Part shown: in pieces, positions 1 to 9,817 of the stretch
Position numbering within the stretch: position 1 is the first letter of the stretch
Layout: each line of letters opens with the position of its first letter
Sequence record: SRR16203515_8910
DNA length: 34,626 nt
Strand: one strand, 5' to 3'
Notes under the pieces: model-generated
What the model saw: only the letters and a program-made list of their open reading frames with translations
Told to the model about the DNA's origin: nothing
Databases searched by the model: none
Translations under genes and position numbers: made by a program

Positions 1-39
1 AAAGTTGGGCATCGCTCTGATGTTTATAAACGTACCTAA
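1..39 (+). CDS. 3' end of a RelE/StbE-family type II toxin (partial, not in ORF track)
   Basis: Frame 1 reads KVGHRSDVYKRT*. VGHRxDVY is the typical RelE-family C-terminus. Only 12 codons are visible. Confidence 0.65.
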   Translation, partial: KVGHRSDVYKRT

Positions 40-132
40 CAACCCAATCAACACTCTCACTGGGACGCATACCTGCAGGGCGGCTTCACCATTATGCCTT
101 ACGAGCCTGCCCCCGTTATTGGATAATTACAC
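34..132 (+). mobile_element. Degenerate integron attC-like recombination site
   Basis: R'' ACCTAAC (RYYYAAC) overlaps the upstream TAA. CCAATCAAC pairs with GTTATTGG with one bulged base, with an imperfect internal stem. The R' position reads ATTACAC instead of GTTRRRY. Confidence 0.6.
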
Positions 133-155
133 TAACAGAGTAAAAGGGAGAAGCT

Positions 156-500
156 ATGCAAGTTTATTATCTCGAGATCGTGACCCAAGACGTCGATGCT
201 GTATGCAAGGTTCAAGAGCAGATACATGGTGTAAAATTTAGCGATGGCGACCCAGCACTGGGCAACGCACGCACAGCCTCACTTTCTAATGGTGGAATAA
301 TAGGTGTGCGCCCACCTATGCATGCGTCAGAAGAGCCGATTGTCCGCCCCTATCTACTTGTAGAGAATATTGAGGCGGCGCTGGCCATTGCAGAAAAGGC
401 TGGGGGCGAAATTGCCCACCCTCCCATGACGATCCCCGGACATGGCAAATTTGCTATCTATATTCAAGGTGGTATCCACCACGGCCTATGGCAGTTGTAA
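156..500 (+). CDS. VOC (glyoxalase/bleomycin-resistance) family protein
   Basis: YLEIVT start, PYLLVENIEAAL, GGEIAHPPMTIPGHGKFA motifs; RBS GGGAGA. Confidence 0.85.
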   Translation: MQVYYLEIVTQDVDAVCKVQEQIHGVKFSDGDPALGNARTASLSNGGIIGVRPPMHASEEPIVRPYLLVENIEAALAIAEKAGGEIAHPPMTIPGHGKFAIYIQGGIHHGLWQL

Positions 501-726
501 TAAGCCTCAATCGCTAATCCGGCAGGTTCACTTTTGTAATCTTGACGATAATATTGATGAAGGTGTTCAAAACTTTTACTAGGAACCGCCGATTCCACGG
601 CGCTCCCCTGCCATTATTTAACGTGAAGGAACGGGCAGCATTTGGCTAAAAAATTATTCCCCTCCCTGACATCTTTTTCGACGCCTACACGTATCGCTAT
701 ATGAAATACATTAAAAAGGATTAACA

Positions 727-1179
727 ATGAAGACAGCAATAGTAGTAAGTTTCGTTCTATTTTTTGCGGCATGGTCTGCCTCAGCGACTGAGGGTTTAGT
801 CAAGTACGAGAGCCCATACTCGGTAAAGAAAACGGCAGATCGGTTTGAGAAAATAGCCAAAAGCAAAGGCTTAACCGTTTTTGCTCGAATAGACCATCAA
901 GAAAATGCAAAAGGCGCTAACTTAGCACTGCCCCCCACCGAAGTGATTATTTTTGGAAACCCAAAGGTAGGCACCCGTCTCATGCAGTGTGCTGCTAGTG
1001 TCGCCATTGATTTACCACAAAAAGTATTGATAAACCAAGATGCTGAGCAGAAAGTATGGTTAACTTATAACAGTCCAAGTTACCTTAAGCATCGCCATGC
1101 AATAACTGGATGTGATGACGTGGTGAATAAAATATCAGGTGTGTTGAGTCAGCTTTCAAAAGCCGCAATTGCCAAGTAA
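727..1179 (+). CDS. Secreted DUF302-domain protein
   Basis: Signal peptide; VFARIDH, IFGNPKVGTRLMQ, IDLPQK motifs; RBS AAGGA. Confidence 0.9.
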   Translation: MKTAIVVSFVLFFAAWSASATEGLVKYESPYSVKKTADRFEKIAKSKGLTVFARIDHQENAKGANLALPPTEVIIFGNPKVGTRLMQCAASVAIDLPQKVLINQDAEQKVWLTYNSPSYLKHRHAITGCDDVVNKISGVLSQLSKAAIAK

Positions 1180-1239
1180 GGCGTCGCGATATTTAGGATT
1201 AAGCAGACAGTACATACTTTTTTAACGGAATATAATCTT

Positions 1240-1971
1240 ATGAAAAAATACTTTCTGCTTTTTACCCTTGTTGGCTTTTCTGCATGGGGGTCTGTTATTC
1301 CAACTAGCCCCCACATTTATGTTGAGGGACATGCTGAAAGAAAAGTAACACCGGAAGTCATTATTATCAGCGCTTTTATAGAGCAAAACGATATGCTGGC
1401 ATCAAAGGCAAAAAGTGATGTTGATGCACGTTCGATAAAGCTTCTTCAAGCTGCACAGAGTATGGGCATTCCACGTACGGATATAAGATCGACTCCTTTG
1501 CAAATTTCGCCTCACTACGAATATAAAGACAGAGAAAGGGTTGATAAGGGCACTCGCGTAGCTAGAAATATTGATATTACACTCAAAGATATCTCGCTTT
1601 ATCATCAATTAAATCAAGTACTAATAGAATCTGGTGTTTCCGGCACACTAAACGCCGAGGTTAAGCTTGCTAATCCACAACAGGTAAAAGAGCAGGTTTT
1701 ATTTGATGCCCTTAAGAATGCGCGGGAAAAAGCGGCACAACTGGCCAGCTTAAGTGATAAAAAAATTAACGATGTACATTCGATTTCTGAATTTAAAACC
1801 AGAGAAGAGAACACTTACAACTTAACTCCCTCTCAGCACATATATGGCCAATCATCTACGGCATCAGTTCAGACTAGGCATAGAGCGCCTCCACCGCCAC
1901 CTGGTGGCATATTCGAAGTAGGTGAGATGACGGTTTCAGCCACTGTATATGTGGTATTCACCATTGAATGA
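1240..1971 (+). CDS. SIMPL (DUF541, YggE/BP26-like) periplasmic protein
   Basis: Signal peptide; IYVEGHAERKVTPE, QISPHYEY, ALKNAREKA and C-terminal VSATVYVVF. Confidence 0.85.
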   Translation: MKKYFLLFTLVGFSAWGSVIPTSPHIYVEGHAERKVTPEVIIISAFIEQNDMLASKAKSDVDARSIKLLQAAQSMGIPRTDIRSTPLQISPHYEYKDRERVDKGTRVARNIDITLKDISLYHQLNQVLIESGVSGTLNAEVKLANPQQVKEQVLFDALKNAREKAAQLASLSDKKINDVHSISEFKTREENTYNLTPSQHIYGQSSTASVQTRHRAPPPPPGGIFEVGEMTVSATVYVVFTIE

Positions 1972-2023
1972 CGCATATGAATTAGCGGTAGTTCATTTGC
2001 TATAATAATTAGTATCACCATAC

Positions 2024-2055
2024 ACTATCGCCCGCCAATGATGGTGGGCGATAGT
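2024..2055. terminator. Hairpin between convergent genes, probable terminator
   Basis: ACTATCGCCCGCCA ... TGGTGGGCGATAGT inverted repeat; no clear U-tract. Confidence 0.55.
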
Positions 2056-2120
2056 ACCTAGATGTAACTCACCTTTTCCTTCTCTTGCTTACGAAGGATA
2101 GGTGCTATAACGAGGATGGC

Positions 2121-3800
2121 CTAGGGCGTTTTTAAACAGAAGCTGTAAGCGCCTGAACCAGAATACGAGTTTACGTCCCAGTAGTAGTAGCCTGCACTAC
2201 TTGTATAGTTAATTTCTTCAATAGACGAGCTTGATGTTGAACTACTTACTTGCGTCCAACGACCACTCAGCCACTTGTACAATACTAAGTCGAAGTCTGT
2301 ACCGTTAGGCCCGGTTAACTCACCACTGTGTGTGCCGCTTGAGCCCACATAATAATAGGTACCATTAGGCTCAATTTCATTGTCGCCCGTACCTGATAAG
2401 TTGCCGTCATACTCTTCGTAGCCAACTGGGCATGTTGCCGGTGTGCCACCGCCACCACCTTGTGCAGCAAGTACCGCCGCTTCCGCATCTACCAGGCCGC
2501 TACCACATTGGCTGCAAGAGCCGGCAAATGAGCGAGCGGTGGAAACTAAATCGGCTTCTACTTCATCGGGTGTAATGGACGGGTTGACCGCATACATTAA
2601 AGCAGCAACACCTGCTACATGAGGCGCCGCCATACTGGTGCCTTGATAGAACGAGTAGTTATCTGAACCTGGCGTTGAACTACCGCTGTTTAGGGTAGAT
2701 AGCACACCATTGCTAGATACTGTGGTTTCACCGCCAGGCGCTGCTAAGTCGACAACGCTGCCGTAGTTAGAGTAATAGGCACGGCTTGCATTGCGATTAA
2801 CCGAGGCTACGGTAACAACACCGTCACAACTTGCCGGTGTATAGTTAGCGGCATTGGCATTGGAGTTACCCGCTGCCACTACGACGGTAGCGCCGTTTGC
2901 CCGGGCCGAATTAATTGCCGATTGTGTGGTAGAGGGGCAACTTCCGCTGCCACCTAAGCTCAAGTTTAAAACTTCAGCAGGGTTAGCATTAGCTGGTACA
3001 CCAGATACACTGCCACCGGCTGACCAGATAATTCCATCTGCTATGTCAGAAGTATAACCGCCGCACTTTCCCAGCACCCGAACAGGGAGAATATCCGCAT
3101 CCCACGCAACACCCGCCACGCCTTGGCTATTGTTAGATTCGGCCGCAACCGTGCCCGCCACGTGGGTACCATGCCAACTGGAATTAGTTGCCGGTGAACC
3201 GGAATAACATTCATTAGCGGCTGTCCAATCACCGGGATCTTGTGCGTCAGCATCACGGCCATTGCCATCGTTTCCCATGGTAGCGTCAGCGATGAAATCG
3301 TAGCCGGGTAGAATTTTACTGTTAAGATCTACGTGGTTGCGATAGCCGGTGTCAATCACCGCCACCGTAACGCCATTACCCGTGGTGATATCCCACGCGG
3401 CGGGGCCATTAATGCCGGCTGTAGACTCAAAATAATGCCACTGTTCGTTATAGCGAGTATCGTTTGGCGTTGCTTGGGGGGTTAAAATTAAATCCAGTTC
3501 GGCAAATTGCGTGAGACGAGATTTATCGAGTAGTGCAATCGCTTTATCCCGTATCGCCGTATCTGTTACGCCTTGCAGTTCAATAACGGTGGCCCCGGTC
3601 GCCACGTCTTTCACTTTAACCAATGAGATGCCCAACGGCGCCACTGCACTGTCTAATAGGTCTACTGAAATTTCAGGGTTAAGCTGAACGATGACGCGAA
3701 AATTGTTGTCGTTTGGGTTGCCAGCAGCTATCGCTTGGCTGCCTAGCAATGAGGCGCCTGCAATGCTTGCTATTAAGGCTTTTTTATTAAAATATTTCAT
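2121..3800 (-). CDS. Secreted S8 subtilisin-like serine protease with propeptide and C-terminal PPC-like domain
   Basis: Catalytic triad motifs VIDTG, WHGTHVAG, GTSMAAPHV; Gly linker before the C-terminal domain; start moved to ATG 3800 (RBS AGAGG, signal peptide MKYFNKK). Confidence 0.93.
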   Translation of the reverse strand: MKYFNKKALIASIAGASLLGSQAIAAGNPNDNNFRVIVQLNPEISVDLLDSAVAPLGISLVKVKDVATGATVIELQGVTDTAIRDKAIALLDKSRLTQFAELDLILTPQATPNDTRYNEQWHYFESTAGINGPAAWDITTGNGVTVAVIDTGYRNHVDLNSKILPGYDFIADATMGNDGNGRDADAQDPGDWTAANECYSGSPATNSSWHGTHVAGTVAAESNNSQGVAGVAWDADILPVRVLGKCGGYTSDIADGIIWSAGGSVSGVPANANPAEVLNLSLGGSGSCPSTTQSAINSARANGATVVVAAGNSNANAANYTPASCDGVVTVASVNRNASRAYYSNYGSVVDLAAPGGETTVSSNGVLSTLNSGSSTPGSDNYSFYQGTSMAAPHVAGVAALMYAVNPSITPDEVEADLVSTARSFAGSCSQCGSGLVDAEAAVLAAQGGGGGTPATCPVGYEEYDGNLSGTGDNEIEPNGTYYYVGSSGTHSGELTGPNGTDFDLVLYKWLSGRWTQVSSSTSSSSIEEINYTSSAGYYYWDVNSYSGSGAYSFCLKTP

Positions 3801-4093
3801 TTTTTCCTCTTTAATACTTGTTGTTTTGTTGGTACAAAACATAACCAACTGGTCTAGTTAAGCAGCCTATCCCAGATTTATTAATGAGGGTTTCCACCTA
3901 GATATTACCGCTACGCTGGGGTGTTAATTAATTCGCTACGGATGCGCATGATTAGCACCCAAAGGCTATATTTTTTAAAGTGGTGGGCGTTGAACAATTA
4001 AAGCTGGTTTTCCATAAAAAAAACGCTGTATAATCATGGTGATAGTTCGCGTACTAATACAAAATAATAAACAAGAACAATAAGGACAACCAA

Positions 4094-4480
4094 GTGAAAA
4101 ATATCTCTATTGCTATGGTTTCAGCAGTTTTGTTGGCAGGCTGTAACTCTGAGGAAGAAGACCCGTGTAATGTGCCTATGCCAGCGGTAATTATTCCCGC
4201 TGTTTCCGTGTCACTGTTTGATACTAATGAAGAAAAGCTAAACGTCTGCGATGCCATTTTAAGCGTCGACAGTGATAAAATGAGTGAAACTATATATGGG
4301 TCGGCCTACCCTGATTGCGAAGAAACCTATAGCCTGTCAGCTGGATATGATTTAATTGAACATGATGTTTTAATTGAGAAAGCAGGATATATCAGCCAAA
4401 CCTTCGAGGACGTATTGCCTATTGCAACCCAGTGCAGTTATAAGACATTAGAAATCAGTGTATACCTTGAGGCTGATTAA
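4094..4480 (+). CDS. Hypothetical lipoprotein
   Basis: Lipobox LLAGC; RBS AAGGA; GTG start. Confidence 0.75.
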   Translation: MKNISIAMVSAVLLAGCNSEEEDPCNVPMPAVIIPAVSVSLFDTNEEKLNVCDAILSVDSDKMSETIYGSAYPDCEETYSLSAGYDLIEHDVLIEKAGYISQTFEDVLPIATQCSYKTLEISVYLEAD

Positions 4481-4509
4481 ACAGCCAACGTATTAATTTC
4501 ATTATTACG

Positions 4510-4531
4510 ATGCCTCGTCATGAGGCATTTT
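4510..4531 (+). terminator. Rho-independent terminator
   Basis: ATGCCTC-gtcat-GAGGCAT followed by a T run. Confidence 0.6.
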
Positions 4532-4593
4532 AATTTTCATTGGTATAATGAGAATAACCGAAGATAGCCCAATAACTTGTTAGTAATAAAAAG

Positions 4594-4833
4594 CTAGTTT
4601 TGTGCCTGCTTCACGCGAATAGTACTGTCGGCAACGCGGGTTTGATGTAAGCGTTTCAAGGCGGTTTTTGCTTCTTTTTCATCGGGCATTTCAACAAAGG
4701 CAAAGCCTTTTGATAAGCCAGACTGTTGATCTAACACTAGGCTGCATTCAGCAACAGTGCCATGGGTAGAAAAAAGTGCTCGAAGGTCTTCTTCTGTGGT
4801 GGTGCGCGCAAGGTTGCGAACTAAAAGTTTCAT
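4594..4833 (-). CDS. Single-domain RRM RNA-binding protein
   Basis: RNP2 LLVRNL and RNP1 KGFAFVEM. Confidence 0.92.
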   Translation of the reverse strand: MKLLVRNLARTTTEEDLRALFSTHGTVAECSLVLDQQSGLSKGFAFVEMPDEKEAKTALKRLHQTRVADSTIRVKQAQN

Positions 4834-5008
4834 ATTAAATTGCCTAAGATAAGTGACGATGCAAGTGTCTCAGTTATCGACCGCGAAACCAAGCTAAATT
4901 GGATGCTAGGAGAAGTTAAAGGCCGTATCAACGATGGTTATTGGGTTTCTTCAACATAAGGTATCAAGCTGGTTTGTATCTGTCTGACAACAAACAACCT
5001 GCGTTACG

Positions 5009-5323
5009 CTAGATAGTCTCATTGGGTAACGCGGTGATACTGGTGATCACCGTTGGCGTGCAGCCACCGCTGGTTTGTCGTTTAACGACAATATCATAGT
5101 ATTGGCCTGCCTGAGGTGGGTGGGCGAAGCGTTGTGGCATTACTTCAAACTCCTCCCCGCTTTGAGAGGAAAGCTCAACGGGGTCAGACACTGCCACTAC
5201 GCGTACCCTTTCATTAGTTTGCACGTAGTTACAGGTGCCGCCTACCGGCGCACACGCGGTCACTGTACTAACCAAGCTACCTAAAGCGCAGCACACTACC
5301 CCAACTACATAATGCTTGTTCAT
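5009..5323 (-). CDS. Small secreted hypothetical protein (possible lipoprotein)
   Basis: ATG 5323 with RBS GAGG; hydrophobic N-terminus ending VTAC; Cys motifs GGTCNY and GGCTP. Confidence 0.6.
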   Translation of the reverse strand: MNKHYVVGVVCCALGSLVSTVTACAPVGGTCNYVQTNERVRVVAVSDPVELSSQSGEEFEVMPQRFAHPPQAGQYYDIVVKRQTSGGCTPTVITSITALPNETI

Positions 5324-5461
5324 GATATGACGACCTCGCGTCTTAATTGGCAAAGGGCCCGATAAACACCATTGACGATAAAAAACACCGATAAGGCGCA
5401 ACTTTGGTCAAGATTTGCTTCTGACTAGGCGTTACTATTGAACGACTTAGGAGAAAGCATC

Positions 5462-5683
5462 ATGTCGACACAACTAGCGCGTTGTATCAAAATATTTGGC
5501 TATATTGAGGCAAACCTCGATACTAACCTGAATATTGATATCTTGTGCGCGCATGCGCAGCTTTCAAAGTATCACTTTCATCGCCAATGTTCAGCATTCT
5601 TTGGGGTCTCAATATTGACCTTAGTAAGATCATTGCGCTTCAATCCCGCGGCCTACCAATTGGCCTTTGATAAAGCGTGGTGA
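5462..5683 (+). pseudogene. Truncated AraC-family regulator (first HTH only)
   Basis: YIEANLD...LSKYHFHRQ...LRFNPAAYQLAF then stops; no second HTH or effector domain before the next gene; RBS AGGAG. Confidence 0.75.
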
Positions 5684-5762
5684 ATAGCCGCATACTTGCG
5701 GGTAAGCGAAGTAGCTTTTTCCACCACCAGCATGTACCTACATATAAAGGAGTAACCAGAGC

Positions 5763-6425
5763 GTGATCTCACAATTACCCAAATGGGTGGAAGTTGGGGC
5801 CTTTATCTTGGCGTTAACTGCCGGTTTCATCAATGCGGTTGGACTACTCGGGTTTGAGCATCAATCGGTGTCGCACTTATCTGGCACGGCCACGCTGCTT
5901 GGCACTGGAATATTAACCCCCGCGTTTCAAGGGCTGTTTAATTTATTGGGGGTACTGATTTCGTTTTTATGTGGCGCAGCTATCGCCGGTATATTATTAC
6001 ACGGTTCAACCCTTAAGCTTGGCCGCCATTACGACACGGCCCTTATACTTGAAGCATTGTTACTCATTGCCTCGGCGTGGTTGCTTATTTCAGGCTCATT
6101 TTACGGCCACTTTTTAGCCTCTGCCGCCTGCGGGTTGCAAAATGCGCTAGCAACCACCTACAGCGGTGCCATTATAAGAACCACCCATGTTACCGGCATA
6201 TTCACCGATCTTGGTCTTATGTTAGGTGGCCTGGTAAGAGGCGAGCCCCTGGATAAACGTAAAGCCAAACTATTTGTCTACATCATTGTAGGCTTTATCT
6301 GTGGCGGTACCATGGGCGCGTTCTTTTACGCACACTTGCAGTTTATCGCCCTGCTGTTGCCAGCCTTCGCCTGTGCGCTTATGGCGGCTGCCTATCGCTT
6401 GTATTCAAAGCGGCATAGCACTTAA
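5763..6425 (+). CDS. YoaK/DUF1275 family membrane protein
   Basis: AGFINA, VSHLSG, GLQNA, IRTTHVTGIFTDLG motifs. Confidence 0.9.
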   Translation: MISQLPKWVEVGAFILALTAGFINAVGLLGFEHQSVSHLSGTATLLGTGILTPAFQGLFNLLGVLISFLCGAAIAGILLHGSTLKLGRHYDTALILEALLLIASAWLLISGSFYGHFLASAACGLQNALATTYSGAIIRTTHVTGIFTDLGLMLGGLVRGEPLDKRKAKLFVYIIVGFICGGTMGAFFYAHLQFIALLLPAFACALMAAAYRLYSKRHST

Positions 6426-6620
6426 ACCTGCTTGCTGGTTCGCTGTTTAGCCACCGTGTGTGCAGTCAGCTTTGCAGGTTTGTCACAACCCTTAACTAGC
6501 AACTTATCCTGTGCGCCATAAGTACACCGTTTTCTCTGTGTTATTTGCTAATAGTGCTATCTTTAATAATAACCAAATCACAGTTCAGTACATATCAAGC
6601 CTAAGGATCTCCTCATCATC

Positions 6621-6971
6621 ATGAGCCAACACCATAAAGTTAATTATATAGAGATGCCTGCACAGGATATTAGCGCCACCAAACATTTCTTTAACCATGT
6701 TTTTGGCTGGACCTTTGTCGATTATGGCCCAGATTATTGCAGCTTTACCGCCCAGGGTGTTGATGGCGGTTTTTTTCAATCGTCATTAGTGGTGGATACC
6801 ACCAAGGGTAGCCCTTTGATTGTGCTATACAGCAGCGAGTTAGAAGCAACTCAGGACAGCATAATGAAAGCGGGCGGAACGATAATAAAGCCCATTTTTT
6901 CGTTTCCTGGCGGAAGACGCTTTCACTTTTGTGACCCAAATGGCAATGAATTGGCGGTATGGTCAGAGTAA
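6621..6971 (+). CDS. VOC family protein
   Basis: VNYIEMP, FGWTFVDYGPDY, FPGGRRFHFCDPNGNEL. Confidence 0.92.
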   Translation: MSQHHKVNYIEMPAQDISATKHFFNHVFGWTFVDYGPDYCSFTAQGVDGGFFQSSLVVDTTKGSPLIVLYSSELEATQDSIMKAGGTIIKPIFSFPGGRRFHFCDPNGNELAVWSE

Positions 6972-7067
6972 CCCTACTCGCCCTTAATCAGCGTGATGAC
7001 TGAATTGTTAGTAGCAGTAAAGCATTAACCATTATGCGCGCTCGCATATAATGGAGTGAGGGAACCT

Positions 7068-7469
7068 ATGCTGCAAACCTTGGCGTTAATAATAGTAATA
7101 AGCAGTGCAATATTTTTAATTGCCCTCGCGCTTAGCGCATTTTTCACCCCTGCGCTGGCTAAACGATTTTTAACTGGGTTTGCACGGTCCGCTAAAGTCC
7201 ATGTTAGCGAAATGATGATCCGATTATTAGTGGGGTGGTCGTTTGTGTTTTATTCACCGCATATGCGGTACGAAGATAAATTTGCGCTGTTTGGCTGGGT
7301 GCTAGTGGTCACCTCAATTGTGCTGCTGTGCGTGCCTTGGCGCTGGCATTATAGGTTTGCTGAAGTCGCCACTAAGCCACTTATCGAGCGGGTATGGCTA
7401 TTCGGATTGCTTGCGTTGCCATTAGGTGGGGTAATTTTATGCGCCACTTTGCACAACACCAACCTATGA
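7068..7469 (+). CDS. Hypothetical membrane protein (about 4 TM)
   Basis: Hydrophobic segments; ATG 7068 preceded by GGAG/GAGG. Confidence 0.7.
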   Translation: MLQTLALIIVISSAIFLIALALSAFFTPALAKRFLTGFARSAKVHVSEMMIRLLVGWSFVFYSPHMRYEDKFALFGWVLVVTSIVLLCVPWRWHYRFAEVATKPLIERVWLFGLLALPLGGVILCATLHNTNL

Positions 7470-7514
7470 CAACCATAGACCTAGGTCACAACTTATATAA
7501 AGCGGGAGATTTTC

Positions 7515-7895
7515 ATGAGCATTAAAAAGCACGGGCTCTCTATTGGTATTGAAAGAATTGAAAACGAGATATTTTTGTCGCTCAAAGCGGTGGGCAAACT
7601 CAGTCACCACGACTATGAAACCATTACCCCTATGATTGACGCAGCGTTGGCAGAAGTTAAGCATCCTAAAGTAAAGGCGTTGATTGACGGCACTGAGCTA
7701 GAAGGCTGGGAACCCCGCGCGGTATGGGACGATTTTCAAATTGGCTTAAAACACGGTAACGAGTTTGAAAAAATAGCCATTTACGGCAACAAAGATTGGC
7801 AAAAGTTTATATCAAAAGTGGGAGGGTGGTTTATTTCTGGTGAAGTGAAATACTTCGAAGACCTCGAAAGCGCCTACTTTTGGATAAGGTCTTAG
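7515..7895 (+). CDS. SpoIIAA-like (STAS/SEC14) protein
   Basis: GKLSHHDY, GWEPRAVWDD, FEKIAIYG, EVKYF. Confidence 0.88.
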   Translation: MSIKKHGLSIGIERIENEIFLSLKAVGKLSHHDYETITPMIDAALAEVKHPKVKALIDGTELEGWEPRAVWDDFQIGLKHGNEFEKIAIYGNKDWQKFISKVGGWFISGEVKYFEDLESAYFWIRS

Positions 7896-7975
7896 TTTTC
7901 AACCCATTTAAGTAGCACTACCTATCCCGCATACACAGCTTGCCTCTCACGCTGGCAACCTGACAGGAGCAACAC

Positions 7976-8443
7976 ATGGCATTAATCACGTCCCAATATA
8001 TCGATATCGAAGCTTCGCCTGATAGTGTATGGCGTATTGTCAGTGACATTGAAAACGCTGATAAGGTTATTACCGGCATTAAAAATATCGAGATAGTAAA
8101 GCCCGCTGACGGCCCCGATTTAGTGGGGCTAACCTGGCGTGAAACCCGAGAGTTTATGGGCAAGGATGCGGATGAAACCATGTGGGTTACCGATGCCAAT
8201 CCACCAGAGTTTTACGCCACCCGCGCCGAGAGCCATGGCTCAGTGTATCAGTCGAAAATAGAGCTAGAGCCGATTACCACAGGCACTCGCTTAACCATGG
8301 ACTTTCATTGCCACCCGCAAACCTGGGGGGCGAAAATACTCTGGTTACTAACCGGCTGGATGGCAAAAAAATCGCTGTGTAACGTCATACAACAAGACTT
8401 AGATGATATTAAGCTTGCAGCGGAAGATATCCCCCTACCCTAA
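7976..8443 (+). CDS. SRPBCC (START-like) family protein
   Basis: IEASPDSVW, GLTWRETR, C-terminal DLDDIK helix. Confidence 0.85.
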   Translation: MALITSQYIDIEASPDSVWRIVSDIENADKVITGIKNIEIVKPADGPDLVGLTWRETREFMGKDADETMWVTDANPPEFYATRAESHGSVYQSKIELEPITTGTRLTMDFHCHPQTWGAKILWLLTGWMAKKSLCNVIQQDLDDIKLAAEDIPLP

Positions 8444-9700
8444 CCATTTCCAACAAATAAACAAAATGAGGAAACCAAATAGATACAGTAACCCCACATA
8501 ACTGAGTAGATTTACCACAATCCCCGCTTTCGCCTCATTATGGAGCGGTTGCTGTTTCACCAACCGATGGTTTAACCAGGCAAATACCGGCGTGGTGATA
8601 AAGGCTAAGGTCATGGCAAAGCCCAACATGGCCAGTAACGCTGACTTGAAAAATAGCACAATGGCAAAACTAACCGCAGCCATAATAAGCAGTACAGGCG
8701 TCACAAAATTAGCTTGATTCGGCTGCTTTTTCACCAGAAGTGATAATGCTTCAGCCACCACGCGTGCATAACCATCGTACACAGTGAGTGCTGAGCCAAA
8801 GATACATAAGAACGCCACCAAAGCGATAAGCCACTGAGACCAGCTACCTATGGTATTGGCATATAGGCCTACCAACTGCTGAGAAAAACCAATTCCACTG
8901 CTTGCTAACGACTCTCCACTGCCATGAAGCACCAACGCCCCTAAGCCTAAAAACAGCAGGGCCAACAGCGTGGTTACCGCATAGCCAAGATTGAAGTCAA
9001 ACAACGCACTTTTAACCGATACGGCTTGTGCTTTACATTGCCGTTTTAACCATAACGAGGTGATGCTGGATATTTCAATGGGCGCAGGCATCCAGCCCAT
9101 GGTGATAACAAGGAACCCCAAGGTCGCCATGGTCCATGGTGAGGGCGACACATAATCGTCCCCTTTTACGGCACCATTAGATAGTGCCATTGCGAACGCG
9201 GCTACAGTGGCAACCACCAGCACCGCCATGATCGATTTGGCCACATTATCAAGCGCTTCAAAGTGGCCCGCTAACAAGATAAATAAAATAGCACTGAGTA
9301 TTGCTGCCGCACTGAGGGCAACGGAGATATCAAAAGGAATAAAGTACGCCAGTAATGAGGAGGAAAACAGGAGCAAAGCGGCTGCGTTCACCACAGAGGC
9401 CAACATGTTTAATACCAATGCTAAGGTTAAATACCCCTTGCCCATTTCAAGGTAGCCCTGCTGAAGGGTTTGCTTGGTACTAATGGTGTAACTCACCCCG
9501 GCTCGGAAAAACGGGTATTTTAATACATTAACCACAAGAATGAGCAAGGCTAATTGCCAGCCAAATTTTGCCCCCGCCTGTGTTGATGCCACCAGATGAC
9601 TACCCCCTACCGCCGCGGTTGCCATTAACACGCCTGGGCCTAACAGACGTAATACGGCAACGGTACGTGCCCACAGTGTTACAGGTGAATCCACTTCCAA
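8435..9700 (-). CDS. NRAMP-like / APC-superfamily transporter
   Basis: LGPGVLMATAAVGGSHLV, GAKFGWQL, KYPFF, MGWMPAP; about 11 TM; lacks the DPGN motif of MntH. Confidence 0.8.
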   Translation of the reverse strand: MEVDSPVTLWARTVAVLRLLGPGVLMATAAVGGSHLVASTQAGAKFGWQLALLILVVNVLKYPFFRAGVSYTISTKQTLQQGYLEMGKGYLTLALVLNMLASVVNAAALLLFSSSLLAYFIPFDISVALSAAAILSAILFILLAGHFEALDNVAKSIMAVLVVATVAAFAMALSNGAVKGDDYVSPSPWTMATLGFLVITMGWMPAPIEISSITSLWLKRQCKAQAVSVKSALFDFNLGYAVTTLLALLFLGLGALVLHGSGESLASSGIGFSQQLVGLYANTIGSWSQWLIALVAFLCIFGSALTVYDGYARVVAEALSLLVKKQPNQANFVTPVLLIMAAVSFAIVLFFKSALLAMLGFAMTLAFITTPVFAWLNHRLVKQQPLHNEAKAGIVVNLLSYVGLLYLFGFLILFICWKWLG

Positions 9701-9767
9701 GCTAACCTCTTGATAATATTATTTTTGCTACCTCAGGTAGCAAGCAAACTTTGGGCTATGGTAGCGC

Positions 9768-9796
9768 AAAAAAGGTGAGCAATGCTCACCTTTTTT
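9768..9796. terminator. Bidirectional Rho-independent terminator
   Basis: AAAAAAGGTGAGC-aat-GCTCACCTTTTTT. Confidence 0.85.
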
Positions 9797-9817
9797 AGTT
9801 TGCGTTAGGGGGAAGGA

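Noticed and set aside
5..241. 78-aa ORF
   Set aside because: Runs across the attC-like site and overlaps two better-supported genes out of frame
3801..4093. Riboswitch upstream of the S8 protease
   Set aside because: Short inverted repeats only; no aptamer consensus recognised
9701..9767. MntR box or yybP-ykoY riboswitch
   Set aside because: Only a CATAGC half-site is present and the leader is too short
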